Assembly (NCBI GenBank): GCA_963801165.1
Contig: CAWDDT010000005.1
Span: forward strand, 384,001-448,000
Source of the DNA: an uncultured bacterium
GTDB lineage: Bacteria > Actinomycetota > Acidimicrobiia > Spongiisociales > UBA5794
Direction of reading: 5' to 3'
DNA length: 64,000 nucleotides
Shown here: piece by piece, positions 9,569 through 19,105 of the stretch
Layout: every line of letters begins with the position of its first letter
How positions within the stretch are numbered: position 1 is the stretch's first letter
The notes under the pieces: model-generated
Seen by the model: only the letters and a program-made list of their open reading frames with translations
Databases searched by the model: none
Told to the model about the DNA's origin: nothing
Made by a program: the position numbers and the translations under genes

Positions 9569-10270
9569 TCAACTCGGTGTGACCAGCGGCAGCTGCTCCT
9601 CCGAAACACCGTCGCCGAGACGGTAGACCCGGTACGCGGCGGCGTCGCCGTCGACCGACACAGCCGTCTTCAGCTCGGTACCGACAAAGTGCACCGCGGT
9701 TCCGTCCTCGCATGCGTATCCGGCCGGCAGGGCGCCGGCGGCCACCAGCCCGAGATACTCGGGTCGGCGCGACGGCTCGGACGAGTAGTGCGGGCAGAAG
9801 CTGCCGGGGATGAACCCGAGACCGTCGCGGAGAGGATCGGCGTTGCCGATCAGGTACGAGTCGGTGGTCGACGAGTCGAACCAGCAGTTGGCGCCCGCGC
9901 TCAACCCGCTGAGAACAACACCGGCATACCAGGCTTCCTCGAGATCCCCGTCGACACCGTGAAGCCGCCACACCGCCAGCATGTTGGCGGTGTTTCCGCC
10001 GCCTACGTAAACCATGTCCATACCAAGGAGGAAGCTGCGAACGTCGGCGATCTCCCGGTTGAACAGACTGAGGACGTACGGATCGCATCCGTAGCTCGAA
10101 TACGCCTGGTAGAAAGCGAGCGTGTAGCCGGCGTCGTCACCACTTGCCGTCGGGATGAAGCACACCCGGGGCCGGTCGGCATGCACCAGCGAGAGCGCAT
10201 ACCGGTCGAGGGTGCGGTTACCGGAGCTGAACCCGCCGCCGCCCATCGCCACGATGTTTCGTTCGGCCAC
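9569..10270 (-). CDS. Peptidase E (family S51)
   Basis: 'FIPTASGD', 'YVGGGNT', 'GLSAGA', 'CPHY'. Confidence 0.9.
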   Translation of the reverse strand: MAERNIVAMGGGGFSSGNRTLDRYALSLVHADRPRVCFIPTASGDDAGYTLAFYQAYSSYGCDPYVLSLFNREIADVRSFLLGMDMVYVGGGNTANMLAVWRLHGVDGDLEEAWYAGVVLSGLSAGANCWFDSSTTDSYLIGNADPLRDGLGFIPGSFCPHYSSEPSRRPEYLGLVAAGALPAGYACEDGTAVHFVGTELKTAVSVDGDAAAYRVYRLGDGVSEEQLPLVTPS

Positions 10271-10279
10271 TGCCGTCTC

Positions 10280-10792
10280 CTATCGGTCGACTGTGATGTG
10301 CTCGACGCCTTCCGGCATCGCACCCGCCGGCATCTCGAGGGCGAACCGGTATGAACGGTCGGGGCGATACGAGGTGCACGGGTCGGAGGTGCACTGCTCC
10401 ATGGCAAACCCATCTACGTAATCCCCCGCTGCGGTGAAGAACGCTATGTCGAGCGGGATTAGCGTGTCCTTCATCCAGAACGCGGCGGACACGTCCTCGT
10501 CGAAAACAAAGAGCATGCCGTCGAGATCACCGAGATCGGTCACCCCCATCAGGCCTTGCCGGCGTGTGTTGCCGTCATCGGCCACGGCAACCAGCAAGTC
10601 CTCCCCGTCGAGGCTCACAGTCGTCACGGCAAAGCCGCTGAGCTCGTCGGGGATCGGCGGCGTACTGGAGGTCGTTGCCCCGACGGTGGTTGTCGTGGCC
10701 GCAGGAGCAATGGAGTCGAACGACCCGGCCCCAGAGGCGGAGTCGCACCCGGCGACGAGGACGAAGAGCAGCACCAGCCCAACACGGAACAT
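10280..10792 (-). CDS. DUF192 family lipoprotein
   Basis: Lipobox VAGC; 'GLM...GMLFVF....FWMKDTLIPLDIAF', 'ALEM.AG'. Confidence 0.88.
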   Translation of the reverse strand: MFRVGLVLLFVLVAGCDSASGAGSFDSIAPAATTTTVGATTSSTPPIPDELSGFAVTTVSLDGEDLLVAVADDGNTRRQGLMGVTDLGDLDGMLFVFDEDVSAAFWMKDTLIPLDIAFFTAAGDYVDGFAMEQCTSDPCTSYRPDRSYRFALEMPAGAMPEGVEHITVDR

Positions 10793-10827
10793 GGCTCCGA
10801 GCGTAGTTGCCTCCCCCACACGCGGCG

Positions 10828-11835
10828 TCACGGGATCCGGCGAGGCGGACCGGTAGTGGCCCGAATAACGAGCGATGGGGGGACGACAACGTGACTGGCG
10901 ATGGTGCGGTTGTCACGCAGACGTTCCAGAACCAGCCTGACGGCATCCTCGCCGAGCCGGGCCCGGGGCTGACCCACCGTCGTCAGCGAGATCCTGGGGA
11001 GACCGGCGATACCGAGGTTGTCATACCCGATCAGGGAGATGTCGTCCGGGATAGCGAGTCCGGCGGAGTCGATGACGTCCATGGCGCCGAGCGCCGCCGC
11101 GTCGTTGGGTGCGAAAACGGCCGTGGGAACGTCACCGCTGTTGAGGATATCGGCCATCGCCTTGGCCCCGCCTGCTTCCGTGAACGCACCGGGGAAGCTG
11201 CGGACGCTGTCGGCGAGACCGTGCGTGGTCATCGCCTGCTCGTATCCGGCGCACCGGCGCGGTGCGCCTGCCGCCGTTCCGGCGTGGATATGGACGATGT
11301 TGCGGTGACCCAACTCGATCAGGTACTCGACCGCTTCCCGCGCGCCTGCAACGTCGTCGACACCCACCATGTCGATGGCGGGAGACTCCGTGTAGCGGCC
11401 GACGACCGTCACGGGGACGATCTTGGCGAATTCCTCGAGATCACCGATGTCCATCGTCGCTCCGGTCACGATCAGGGCGTCGACCCTTCGCTCGAGTAGC
11501 GTCTCGACCGACGCCTTCTCCCGATCCGGGCTGAGGTATCCGGAGGACAGCATGGTGCGGAACCCGGCACCTGTGGCGGCGACCTCGATGCCGTCGGCTA
11601 CGTCTGCATAGAAGGGGTTGTGGAGATCCGCCAGCACAACGCCGATAACATGCGATCGCTGCTGCACCAGACTTCTGGCGACCGCGTTTGGGCGGTACCC
11701 GAGCTCGGAAGCCGCCTTCAGCACCGCCTCCCGGCTGGCGTCGCTGACCCGGTCCGGATCACGCATGACGAGCGAGACCAGTGATTTGGAGACACCGGCC
11801 CGTTCGGCAACGTCGAGGATGGTGGGTCGCTTCAC
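10828..11835 (-). CDS. LacI-family transcriptional regulator (likely iol regulator)
   Basis: 'PTILDVAERAGVSKSLVS', 'LGYRPN.VARSL', 'IPDDISLIGYDN'. Confidence 0.95.
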   Translation of the reverse strand: MKRPTILDVAERAGVSKSLVSLVMRDPDRVSDASREAVLKAASELGYRPNAVARSLVQQRSHVIGVVLADLHNPFYADVADGIEVAATGAGFRTMLSSGYLSPDREKASVETLLERRVDALIVTGATMDIGDLEEFAKIVPVTVVGRYTESPAIDMVGVDDVAGAREAVEYLIELGHRNIVHIHAGTAAGAPRRCAGYEQAMTTHGLADSVRSFPGAFTEAGGAKAMADILNSGDVPTAVFAPNDAAALGAMDVIDSAGLAIPDDISLIGYDNLGIAGLPRISLTTVGQPRARLGEDAVRLVLERLRDNRTIASHVVVPPSLVIRATTGPPRRIP

Positions 11836-11871
11836 AAGTACCTCTTGGCTTCGGGCAATGCTAGCAACGAA

Positions 11872-11883
11872 TGGAACGTTCCA
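11872..11883. promoter_or_regulatory. LacI-type operator TGGAACGTTCCA (copy 1, upstream of the lacI gene)
   Basis: Perfect palindrome with central CG; identical copies at 15595 and 21296; -10-like TAGCAT on minus strand at 11858-11863. Confidence 0.8.
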
Positions 11884-11902
11884 GATACAACCCCGAGACC
11901 CG

Positions 11903-12889
11903 TCAATACGACGAGTACCAGCGCTCGGTCACGTCATCGAGGGCGACCACGTCGCCCCAATCCCTTCCATAGTCGACAGCGAGTCGCGACAACTCGGCGA
12001 GGCGCGGCCGGACGGTCTGCTCCATGACCCGGGCTCTTCGCTCGGGAGGAGCGGCTACGAAATCCCCCCACAGTGCCCTGCCCACGAGGAAACCCGACGC
12101 CCCGGCCCGGCAGGCAATGTCCAACTGGTCACGGAACAGCTCGTACGGATCGCCTCCGGAAAGCAACACCCAGGGAACGAGGGTCGCCTCATCGAGCTCC
12201 GCGCAGGCGTCGGCCCAGACTGCCCGATCGGTCTCATACATGGTGGCAACCGGGAAAGGAACCTTCAACACGTCCGGGCCAAGGGCAGCCAGACGCCGCA
12301 CGGTTTCGATGATGACCCTGCGCCGAATCGCAGCGAACCCGGGAGCGTCGACACTTCCGTGCCCATCCATACGGTACGGCAGCGGTTCGAGGAACAGCGG
12401 AATGTCGTACCTGGCGCAGTCGGCGACCACCTGCATGATCAACTCGTCCTGCTCCTCGGTGACGGCTCCTGCGTCGGGCCGGTACAGGACGAGCAGCTTG
12501 ATCGCGCTCGCACCTACCCGCTTCGCCTTCTCCACCGACCAGCCCTCGAGCAGCGAAGTCTTGCGAGCTGCCGGATTCCCGAGGTAACCCTGAGCCTCGA
12601 TCGCAGCGATGAAGCCGATGGATCCCGGGAGCGAGCGGGTCATGATCGCCTGACCGATGCTGTATTCCGGTTCGAGCATCACGGCCGTCGTCTCGCATCC
12701 GAGTTGCCGGAGCAGATCTAGCTTCAGCCCGGTCAGGTCGGACGACGACACGGCAGAGGGATTGCCCGGTGAGATGAGCACCCGCATCGAATCGCGGTGA
12801 TCCAGCGCGAGGACCTTGAAGATACCCTCCGGAGAGGAGGTCGCACTGAGACCGCGGGTCTTGCCGGGAGTGAGGTTGCGACGAGTCAT
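11903..12889 (-). CDS. Class I aldolase, LacD/YihT (tagatose-bisphosphate aldolase) family
   Basis: 'LALDHRDSMR', 'GASAIKLLVLYRPD', 'LFLEP', 'DVLKVPFP', 'WVLLSGG', 'GASGFLVGRALW'; ATGA-coupled to iolB. Confidence 0.85.
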   Translation of the reverse strand: MTRRNLTPGKTRGLSATSSPEGIFKVLALDHRDSMRVLISPGNPSAVSSSDLTGLKLDLLRQLGCETTAVMLEPEYSIGQAIMTRSLPGSIGFIAAIEAQGYLGNPAARKTSLLEGWSVEKAKRVGASAIKLLVLYRPDAGAVTEEQDELIMQVVADCARYDIPLFLEPLPYRMDGHGSVDAPGFAAIRRRVIIETVRRLAALGPDVLKVPFPVATMYETDRAVWADACAELDEATLVPWVLLSGGDPYELFRDQLDIACRAGASGFLVGRALWGDFVAAPPERRARVMEQTVRPRLAELSRLAVDYGRDWGDVVALDDVTERWYSSY

Positions 12890-13746
12890 GATCGTGGCTT
12901 CTCGATAGCATCGGAGCCCGGGCCTACATGGGGCAGCTCCATCTCGTTCAGATCCCAGTTGCCGTCGATCCAGCGGTACTCGGGTTGGAAGAACGGTGGA
13001 ATCGATCTGTCCTCTCCCGTGGGATCGCCTGCCAGATAGTTGAGGAAATACATATGACTGCCCGGGGCGGCCGCACTCGAGTGGAAGCCTTGTGTGACCA
13101 TGACCACGTCGCGGTCGGCCACGGCGAAGCTCTCGTCGAATGCTGTGTCCACCCGGTAGTTGCGGTGCATACCCCATCCGTTCGGAGGGTCGAACCGGAA
13201 GTAGTAGGTCTCCTCGAGATAGGGTGATCCCTCGTAGCCGTCGTGACAGTGTGGCGGCCAACCCGACCACTTGCCCCGCGGCACATACACCTCATAGAGG
13301 ATGAGTCGCTCGGCCGGGAGCGGGTGCGCCAGGATGTGGTTCACCTGACGCTGCGCCCCACCGCCGCCGCGTACCTCGGTCTTCATCTCGTCGGGTCTGA
13401 TCAGCCGGACCGGGTACATGCCTTCGGCCGGGGCTCCGCCAATCGCAAACTCGCTCCGCTCCACAGCGTCCACCCGAAACACCGTGCCCGGGGGGAGGTA
13501 GAGCACGGCTGCCATCTCGGCGAAGACACCGGCCCGGCCCATCGGGAAGATCTCGCCGTCGATATCGATGGCGAATTCGCCCTGTTGCGGAACGATGGCG
13601 ACCTCCCGTACTCCCGTATCGCCCATCCAAAACTCGCCCGCCTCCAAAGCCACGATGGAGAAGTCGAGTGTCCGCCATCCGGCGACCTCCGGGGTTACCT
13701 CGAGGATCACCCCCGAACCTGGAGCAGGGTTCAGATGATGATTCAT
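12886..13746 (-). CDS. iolB: 5-deoxy-glucuronate isomerase
   Basis: 'EVYVPRGKWSGWPPHCHD...LEETYYFR', 'GFH', 'YFLN'. Confidence 0.9.
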   Translation of the reverse strand: MNHHLNPAPGSGVILEVTPEVAGWRTLDFSIVALEAGEFWMGDTGVREVAIVPQQGEFAIDIDGEIFPMGRAGVFAEMAAVLYLPPGTVFRVDAVERSEFAIGGAPAEGMYPVRLIRPDEMKTEVRGGGGAQRQVNHILAHPLPAERLILYEVYVPRGKWSGWPPHCHDGYEGSPYLEETYYFRFDPPNGWGMHRNYRVDTAFDESFAVADRDVVMVTQGFHSSAAAPGSHMYFLNYLAGDPTGEDRSIPPFFQPEYRWIDGNWDLNEMELPHVGPGSDAIEKPRS

Positions 13747-14744
13747 TGCTCCCGCTCGGTAGATTCGATGAAGGCGGCTATCTCATCAGCCGTCGGAAAG
13801 GCCACCGAGCAGCCATGCCGGGTGACCTCGATCGCACCGCAGGCGTTTGCCTGTCGACATGCCTGTATCCAGTCGTCGCCGGCGTTTCGCCGCCAGATGA
13901 GGCCAGCGGCAAACGCATCACCAGCCCCCACGGTATTCACCGGATCGACGGGGAATCCGGGCACCTCGGTTCTGGTGCCGGCGTTGAGCACCGTCGCACC
14001 TGCCGAACCCCGCTTCACCACCACGGTCTCGACAGTCCTCGTGTCGAGTAGCACTTCGACCAACTGCTCCAGCACCTCTCGATCGACGGATGTGATCCTG
14101 GCTCCAACCGCCACCGGGCCCGGGTCCGGGGCGAGCAGCGCATAGAATTCCTCTTCTGTGCCGATCACAACATCGACCCACGGAAGCACCGGACGCAGGG
14201 TCAGGCCGAATGCATGGGGATGCAACCACTCGCTCGGTCGTAGGTCCAGATCCATGTACGTCGTTGTGTCGTACTGCGCTGCGGTCTGTGCGATCTTGCG
14301 GGCCGCGTCGGCTGTCGTACCGCGGCTGAACGCATCACCTGAGAGCAGCACCGCCTTCGTGTCGGCCATCGGCACCGCGGCCGCGTCGTCGATTGTGAGA
14401 TGAGTGTCCGCGGGGTCCTCGCGATAGAAGGTAAGCGGGAAGCGGTCGGGGGGTTGTACCCCGACCAGAGCGAGCGACGTATGCGTCCCCGTCTTCACCG
14501 AGACGTAGTCGATGCCCACGCCCATGTCGCGCAGATACCGCAGCACCAACTCGCCGACGGTGTCGTCCCCGACGGCAGTGAACGCGGCCGATCTGAGCCC
14601 GAGGCGGCCGGCGGCCATGGCGATGTTCGTCGGCGAACCGCCTACGGCCGCGTCGAAACCGGTCACGTCGGCGAACTCCGCCCCGATGTCCTGTGCGAAC
14701 AGATCGAGGTTCACCCGGCCGACCGTGATCAGATCGATACTCAC
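13743..14744 (-). CDS. iolC: 5-dehydro-2-deoxygluconokinase (PfkB family)
   Basis: 'DLITVGRVNLDLF', 'GGSPTNIA', 'PPDRFPLTFYR', 'DLDLRP', 'GAGDAF'. Confidence 0.9.
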   Translation of the reverse strand: MSIDLITVGRVNLDLFAQDIGAEFADVTGFDAAVGGSPTNIAMAAGRLGLRSAAFTAVGDDTVGELVLRYLRDMGVGIDYVSVKTGTHTSLALVGVQPPDRFPLTFYREDPADTHLTIDDAAAVPMADTKAVLLSGDAFSRGTTADAARKIAQTAAQYDTTTYMDLDLRPSEWLHPHAFGLTLRPVLPWVDVVIGTEEEFYALLAPDPGPVAVGARITSVDREVLEQLVEVLLDTRTVETVVVKRGSAGATVLNAGTRTEVPGFPVDPVNTVGAGDAFAAGLIWRRNAGDDWIQACRQANACGAIEVTRHGCSVAFPTADEIAAFIESTEREQ

Positions 14745-15550
14745 GGGGTCATGTCACGCTTCGGTATCGGTTGGTAGCCGGCGCCGATCACGGACTGGTC
14801 ATAGTCGATGACAGACCCGGTCATCACACCTGCCTCGCCGGAGGCGACGAACGCGATCAGCGCCGCAATCTCATCTAGTTTGATGATCTTGCCAAACGGC
14901 ATTGCTGCCTCGGCCCTCTCGAGCCAGTTGTCATCGCTGCCCTCGACCTGCTTCTGGATCACGTCTTCGCCCGGTGTATCCATCCAACCGGCATTGACGC
15001 AGTTGACGCGGATGCGGTCCCAAGCCACGGAATACGCGACGTTCTTGGTGAGCACGGCCAGGCCGGCCTTGGAGACGGCGTATGGCATCAGCCTCGGGAT
15101 ACTGCCGTGAGAGGAAATGGATCCGACGTTGACGATCGCACCGCCCCGGCCCTCGCGGCGCATGATCTCGATAGCGCCCTGCATCAGCAGGAATGGGGCA
15201 CGGACGTTGATGTTCATCATGTCGTCCCACAACTCGACGGTCGTGTCGACGATGGTGCCTCTCAGCGTGAGGCCGGCAGAGTTGACCAGGATATCGATAC
15301 GGCCGAGTGCGGCATCGGTCTCGGCGATGAGCCTCCTGCAGCTGTCTGCGTCGGCTAGCTCGACCTGGACGAATCGAGCAGTGGCGCCCTGTGCTGCCAG
15401 GTCCGCGGCGACCGCCTCTCCCCGCTCTCGATTGCGGCCGCACACGACGATGCCCCGCGCCCCTTCGGCGGCGAGTCGGCGAGCGACGGCCTCGCCGACC
15501 CCCTGGGTGCTTCCTGTTATGAGTGCCGTCTTACCGTCAAACCGACCCAT
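14741..15550 (-). CDS. Short-chain dehydrogenase/reductase
   Basis: 'TGSTQGVG', 'NSAG', YAVSK catalytic motif. Confidence 0.9.
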   Translation of the reverse strand: MGRFDGKTALITGSTQGVGEAVARRLAAEGARGIVVCGRNRERGEAVAADLAAQGATARFVQVELADADSCRRLIAETDAALGRIDILVNSAGLTLRGTIVDTTVELWDDMMNINVRAPFLLMQGAIEIMRREGRGGAIVNVGSISSHGSIPRLMPYAVSKAGLAVLTKNVAYSVAWDRIRVNCVNAGWMDTPGEDVIQKQVEGSDDNWLERAEAAMPFGKIIKLDEIAALIAFVASGEAGVMTGSVIDYDQSVIGAGYQPIPKRDMTP

Positions 15551-15594
15551 GGTTCCTCCCGCCTCGATCTCCAGTGCAGTATATCCCCCAGACT

Positions 15595-15606
15595 TGGAAC
15601 GTTCCA
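15595..15606. promoter_or_regulatory. LacI-type operator TGGAACGTTCCA (copy 2)
   Basis: Palindrome upstream of SDR-iolC-iolB-aldolase; -10 TATACT on minus strand at 15578-15583. Confidence 0.8.
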
Positions 15607-15675
15607 GGGATCGGCCGCACACAACTAGCGCAACGACAGCCCTCCCGGGGCGCCTCCCTTGTCGTTCCGTCGAGT

Positions 15676-16476
15676 TCAGACACCGGGTGGATACGGGTGG
15701 TTCACAAACGCCTGACCCATTGCTTCGGGGCCGACGGAGTCATATCCGCAATCAACTGCGAGATCGGCTCCGGTGATGGCAGACGCCCTATCCGAGCAAA
15801 GGAAGACGACCGCGTCTCCCGCCTCGGAGGGGTCGACCATACGCCCCATCAGCTGGAACTCGGCGGCGAAGGCGTCCGCAGCTTCCCTGGTCCCACGCCT
15901 GCGCTCGATGTTGCGGCTCCACGTCCAGCCCAGAGTGATGAGGTTGGCCCGGATGTGATCCGGTGCCAGAGCGTGGGCCATGTTCCGGGTCAACCCGAGC
16001 AACGCCGCCTTGGTCGTCGGGTAGACGATCCGGTTCGGCTGGGAGTGCTTGCCGGAGATCGATCCGATGATGACCACCGCTCCACCGCCCCGCCGCCGCA
16101 TGTGCGGGATGGCCTTCTCGATGAGCATCGCATTGCCGATCACATTCACGTCGAAGGACCGTCGCCAATTGTCGCGGGTTGTCTCCAGCATGCCACAGTC
16201 GAAGATCGCGGCCGCGGTGACTACGAAGTCAATACCGCCGAAGCGGGTGACCGCGGCGTCGACCATGTCGTCGAGATCGTCGTCGCTGGTCACGTCGGCA
16301 CGGACGAACACGGCCGAGTCACCGAGCGGTGCCAGTGCCTCAGCCCCGTTTTGCTCGTTTCGGCCACCGAGGACGACCCGGGCTCCAGCCTCGACGAGCT
16401 TGGCGGCAATGGCGGCGCCGACAAATGAGCCGGCGCCGCTCAACAACGCAACTTTGCCTTCGAGCTCAGCGGCCAC
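15676..16476 (-). CDS. Short-chain dehydrogenase/reductase
   Basis: 'SGAGSFVG', 'FGGIDFVV', YPTTK motif. Confidence 0.88.
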   Translation of the reverse strand: MAAELEGKVALLSGAGSFVGAAIAAKLVEAGARVVLGGRNEQNGAEALAPLGDSAVFVRADVTSDDDLDDMVDAAVTRFGGIDFVVTAAAIFDCGMLETTRDNWRRSFDVNVIGNAMLIEKAIPHMRRRGGGAVVIIGSISGKHSQPNRIVYPTTKAALLGLTRNMAHALAPDHIRANLITLGWTWSRNIERRRGTREAADAFAAEFQLMGRMVDPSEAGDAVVFLCSDRASAITGADLAVDCGYDSVGPEAMGQAFVNHPYPPGV

Positions 16477-18320
16477 TACACGCCTACTCGCTGGTGCTTC
16501 TTCTCGGCATCGAGTTCGGCCCGGGCCACCCGCACCTGTTCCCGATCACTGACCTCAGGGATGCCGACCTCCCACCATGCTCCGCCTTCGGTCCACGTGT
16601 ACTCGTCGATATCGACGACGATCACGTAGCTGCGATCGGCGGCCTTGGCCCTGGCGAATGCCGCAGGCAGGTCTTCGAGCTTTTCGACCTTCTCGGCAAT
16701 GGCGCCCATCGACTCGGCGTGCTTGACGAAGTCGATCTGCACATACCGCACCTGCTTGGTGTCCCGGAGCAGACAGTTGAACTCGACGCCACCGACGTTC
16801 ATCTGCAACCTGTTGATGACGGCAAACCCGCCGTTGTCACAGACCATGAAGATGACCTTGTCGCCGGTCATCACCGTGGAGTAGATGTCCGAGTTCATCA
16901 TCAGATACGAGCCGTCCCCGGTCCAGGCGATGACGTCTCCGTCGCCCCTGGCGATCTTGGCGCCCCAGGCGCCTGCAATCTCGTAGCCCATGGTCGAGTA
17001 GCCGTATTCGGAGTCGAACGAGCCGACAGACCTCGACCGCCACCCCATCACCAGCTCGCCGGGGAGACCGCCGGCCGCCGACAGGCAGTAGTCGTCTTCG
17101 TCACAGATGTCATTGACGACCTGGATCACCTGGGCATACGCGGGCTTGCCATCTTGCGGCTTGCTCTTCCACGAGTCGAGGTACTCGTGCCATTCGGCGA
17201 TGCGCTTCTGGGCAAACGCCAGCCAGTCCCCGGGTGCCTTGTAGTCGCCGATGGCGGCGTCGAGGGCTTCGATCCCGGCCCTGGCGTCGGCGATCACCGG
17301 CAGCGACTGTTGCTTGTAGGCATCCCACCGCGTGGTGTTGATCGCAACGAACCTGGTGTCGGGGTTCTTGAACACCGTCCACGAACCGGTGGTGAAGTCC
17401 TGGAGCCGGGTGCCGACGGCGAGCACCAGATCTGCATCCTCGGCGACCGCATTGGCAGCTTCCGATCCGGTAACACCGATCGGGCCCGCATAGTTGGGGT
17501 GGTTGTGGACGAACGCCGCCTTCCCGGCAACCGTCTCGACGACAGGGATTCCCCGTCTGACTGCAAAATCGGTGAGCTCGGCAACGGCGTCGGAATAGTG
17601 AACGCCACCACCGGCGATGATCATCGGCTTGTCTGCCTTCATCAACAGATCGGCTGCGGCTGCGATATCCCGCGGATCGGGCCCCGGCCGCCGCACGTAG
17701 TGAATCTTCTTCTCGAAGAACTTCGCCGGGTAGTCGTATGCCTCGGCCTGGATGTCCTGAGGCAGGGCGAAGAACACCGGCCCGCGAGTTCCCGGGTCGA
17801 GCATCACCGCAAGTGCCTGCGGGAACGACTGGATGACCTGCTCGGGACGGCTGATCCGATCCCAGTAGCGAGTTACGGGCTTGAAAGCGTCCGCGGCGGT
17901 GACAGTGGGATCCTCGAAATTCTCCACCTGCTGTAGGACTGGATCGACGATGCGGTGCTGGAAGGTGTCGCCGGAGAAGAGCAACACGGGGATGCGGTTG
18001 GCGTGTGCGGCTGCTGCGGCTGTGACCATGTTGGTGCTTCCCGGACCGATCGAGGAGCTGGCAATCATGATCCGCCGTCCCCGCATCGCCTTGCCGTAGG
18101 CAACGGCAGCGAGAGCCATGGACTGCTCGTTGTGCCCGCGGTAGGTGGGCAACTGTTCCTGGACGGGCTCGAGAGCCTCAGCCAGACAGGTCACATTGCC
18201 ATGACCGAAGATGCCGAAGAGACCGGCGAAGACGCAGACCTCTTCACCGTCGACAACGGTTCGCTGCGCCAGCAGCCACTTGACGATGGCCTGGGCTGTG
18301 GTCAAACGGATTGTTTCCAC
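16476..18320 (-). CDS. iolD: 3D-(3,5/4)-trihydroxycyclohexane-1,2-dione acylhydrolase (ThDP-dependent)
   Basis: 'TIRLTTAQA', 'IFGHGNV', 'HNEQSMA', 'SSIGPG', 'EYGYSTMGYEIAG', 'GDGSYLM'. Confidence 0.96.
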   Translation of the reverse strand: METIRLTTAQAIVKWLLAQRTVVDGEEVCVFAGLFGIFGHGNVTCLAEALEPVQEQLPTYRGHNEQSMALAAVAYGKAMRGRRIMIASSSIGPGSTNMVTAAAAAHANRIPVLLFSGDTFQHRIVDPVLQQVENFEDPTVTAADAFKPVTRYWDRISRPEQVIQSFPQALAVMLDPGTRGPVFFALPQDIQAEAYDYPAKFFEKKIHYVRRPGPDPRDIAAAADLLMKADKPMIIAGGGVHYSDAVAELTDFAVRRGIPVVETVAGKAAFVHNHPNYAGPIGVTGSEAANAVAEDADLVLAVGTRLQDFTTGSWTVFKNPDTRFVAINTTRWDAYKQQSLPVIADARAGIEALDAAIGDYKAPGDWLAFAQKRIAEWHEYLDSWKSKPQDGKPAYAQVIQVVNDICDEDDYCLSAAGGLPGELVMGWRSRSVGSFDSEYGYSTMGYEIAGAWGAKIARGDGDVIAWTGDGSYLMMNSDIYSTVMTGDKVIFMVCDNGGFAVINRLQMNVGGVEFNCLLRDTKQVRYVQIDFVKHAESMGAIAEKVEKLEDLPAAFARAKAADRSYVIVVDIDEYTWTEGGAWWEVGIPEVSDREQVRVARAELDAEKKHQRVGV

Positions 18321-18332
18321 GAGTTCTCCTCC

Positions 18333-19097
18333 TCAGCCGCGCACCGCGGACAAATAGGCTTGCATTCCTTGCTTAATGAATCCTTCGACGCCCGACGTGA
18401 AATAGCGGGCACCCTTGTCGTACCACTCGGCAGCGAACTCCGGCGTTCCCGCATAGATGCCAAGGGTCTTGTCCGACTTCGTCACCACATCCGCCACCCG
18501 CTCCATGGCCTCCTTCACCTCGGGATGGCCCGGGTTGCCGGGATGACCGAGCGAGTGGGAGAGATCGGTGGGACCAATGAACAGCACGTCTACGCCGTCG
18601 ATCGTCGTGTAGTCCTCCACTGCGGCCACGGCATCGGTGGTTTCGATGTGAATGATGACCATGGTCTCCCGATTGGCGCGGGCGGTGAAGTCGGCCAGTG
18701 ACTCGGTGTTGCCCCAGCCACCCTGCCGACTCCCGGCCAGACCGCGGAGCCCGCGCGGCCCGTACTTTACGGAGCGGACCACCTGCTCAACGGCTTCTGC
18801 AGTGTTCACCCACGGCACCTGGACGCCGTGCGCCCCCGCATCGAGGAAGCGCAGGATCGTGGATGGCTCGTTGGTGGTGACGCGCGCTATAGGGGTCACC
18901 CCGTGTAACTCGGCGGCACGGGAGAGCCCTTCGATGTCACGGGCTTCGAGCGAACCGTGCTCGGCATCGAAGATGATGAAGTCCCAGCCCTGCATGGCGA
19001 CGTGCTCGGCCAGCGATGGCTCGGCGTATCGGAAGAACAAGCCGTAGACGGCCTCGCCGTTCTCGAGCTTCTTCCTGGTTGTGTTGGTTGTGAGCAT
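18333..19097 (-). CDS. HpcH/HpaI class II aldolase
   Basis: 'DFIIFDAEHG', 'LDAGAHGVQVPWV', 'IET', 'LFIGPTDLS'. Confidence 0.9.
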   Translation of the reverse strand: MLTTNTTRKKLENGEAVYGLFFRYAEPSLAEHVAMQGWDFIIFDAEHGSLEARDIEGLSRAAELHGVTPIARVTTNEPSTILRFLDAGAHGVQVPWVNTAEAVEQVVRSVKYGPRGLRGLAGSRQGGWGNTESLADFTARANRETMVIIHIETTDAVAAVEDYTTIDGVDVLFIGPTDLSHSLGHPGNPGHPEVKEAMERVADVVTKSDKTLGIYAGTPEFAAEWYDKGARYFTSGVEGFIKQGMQAYLSAVRG

Positions 19098-19105
19098 GTG
19101 CTTCC

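Noticed and set aside
11903-14744. Sulfo-EMP (YihV/YihT) pathway
   Set aside because: The kinase has IolC-specific motifs and is coupled to iolB with iolD nearby; inositol-type catabolism is the simpler explanation.
16329-17936. Long antisense or alternate-frame ORFs (also 24650-26533, 29263-30606, 33200-34360, 36159-37361)
   Set aside because: Shadow ORFs of real high-GC genes, with no recognisable motifs.
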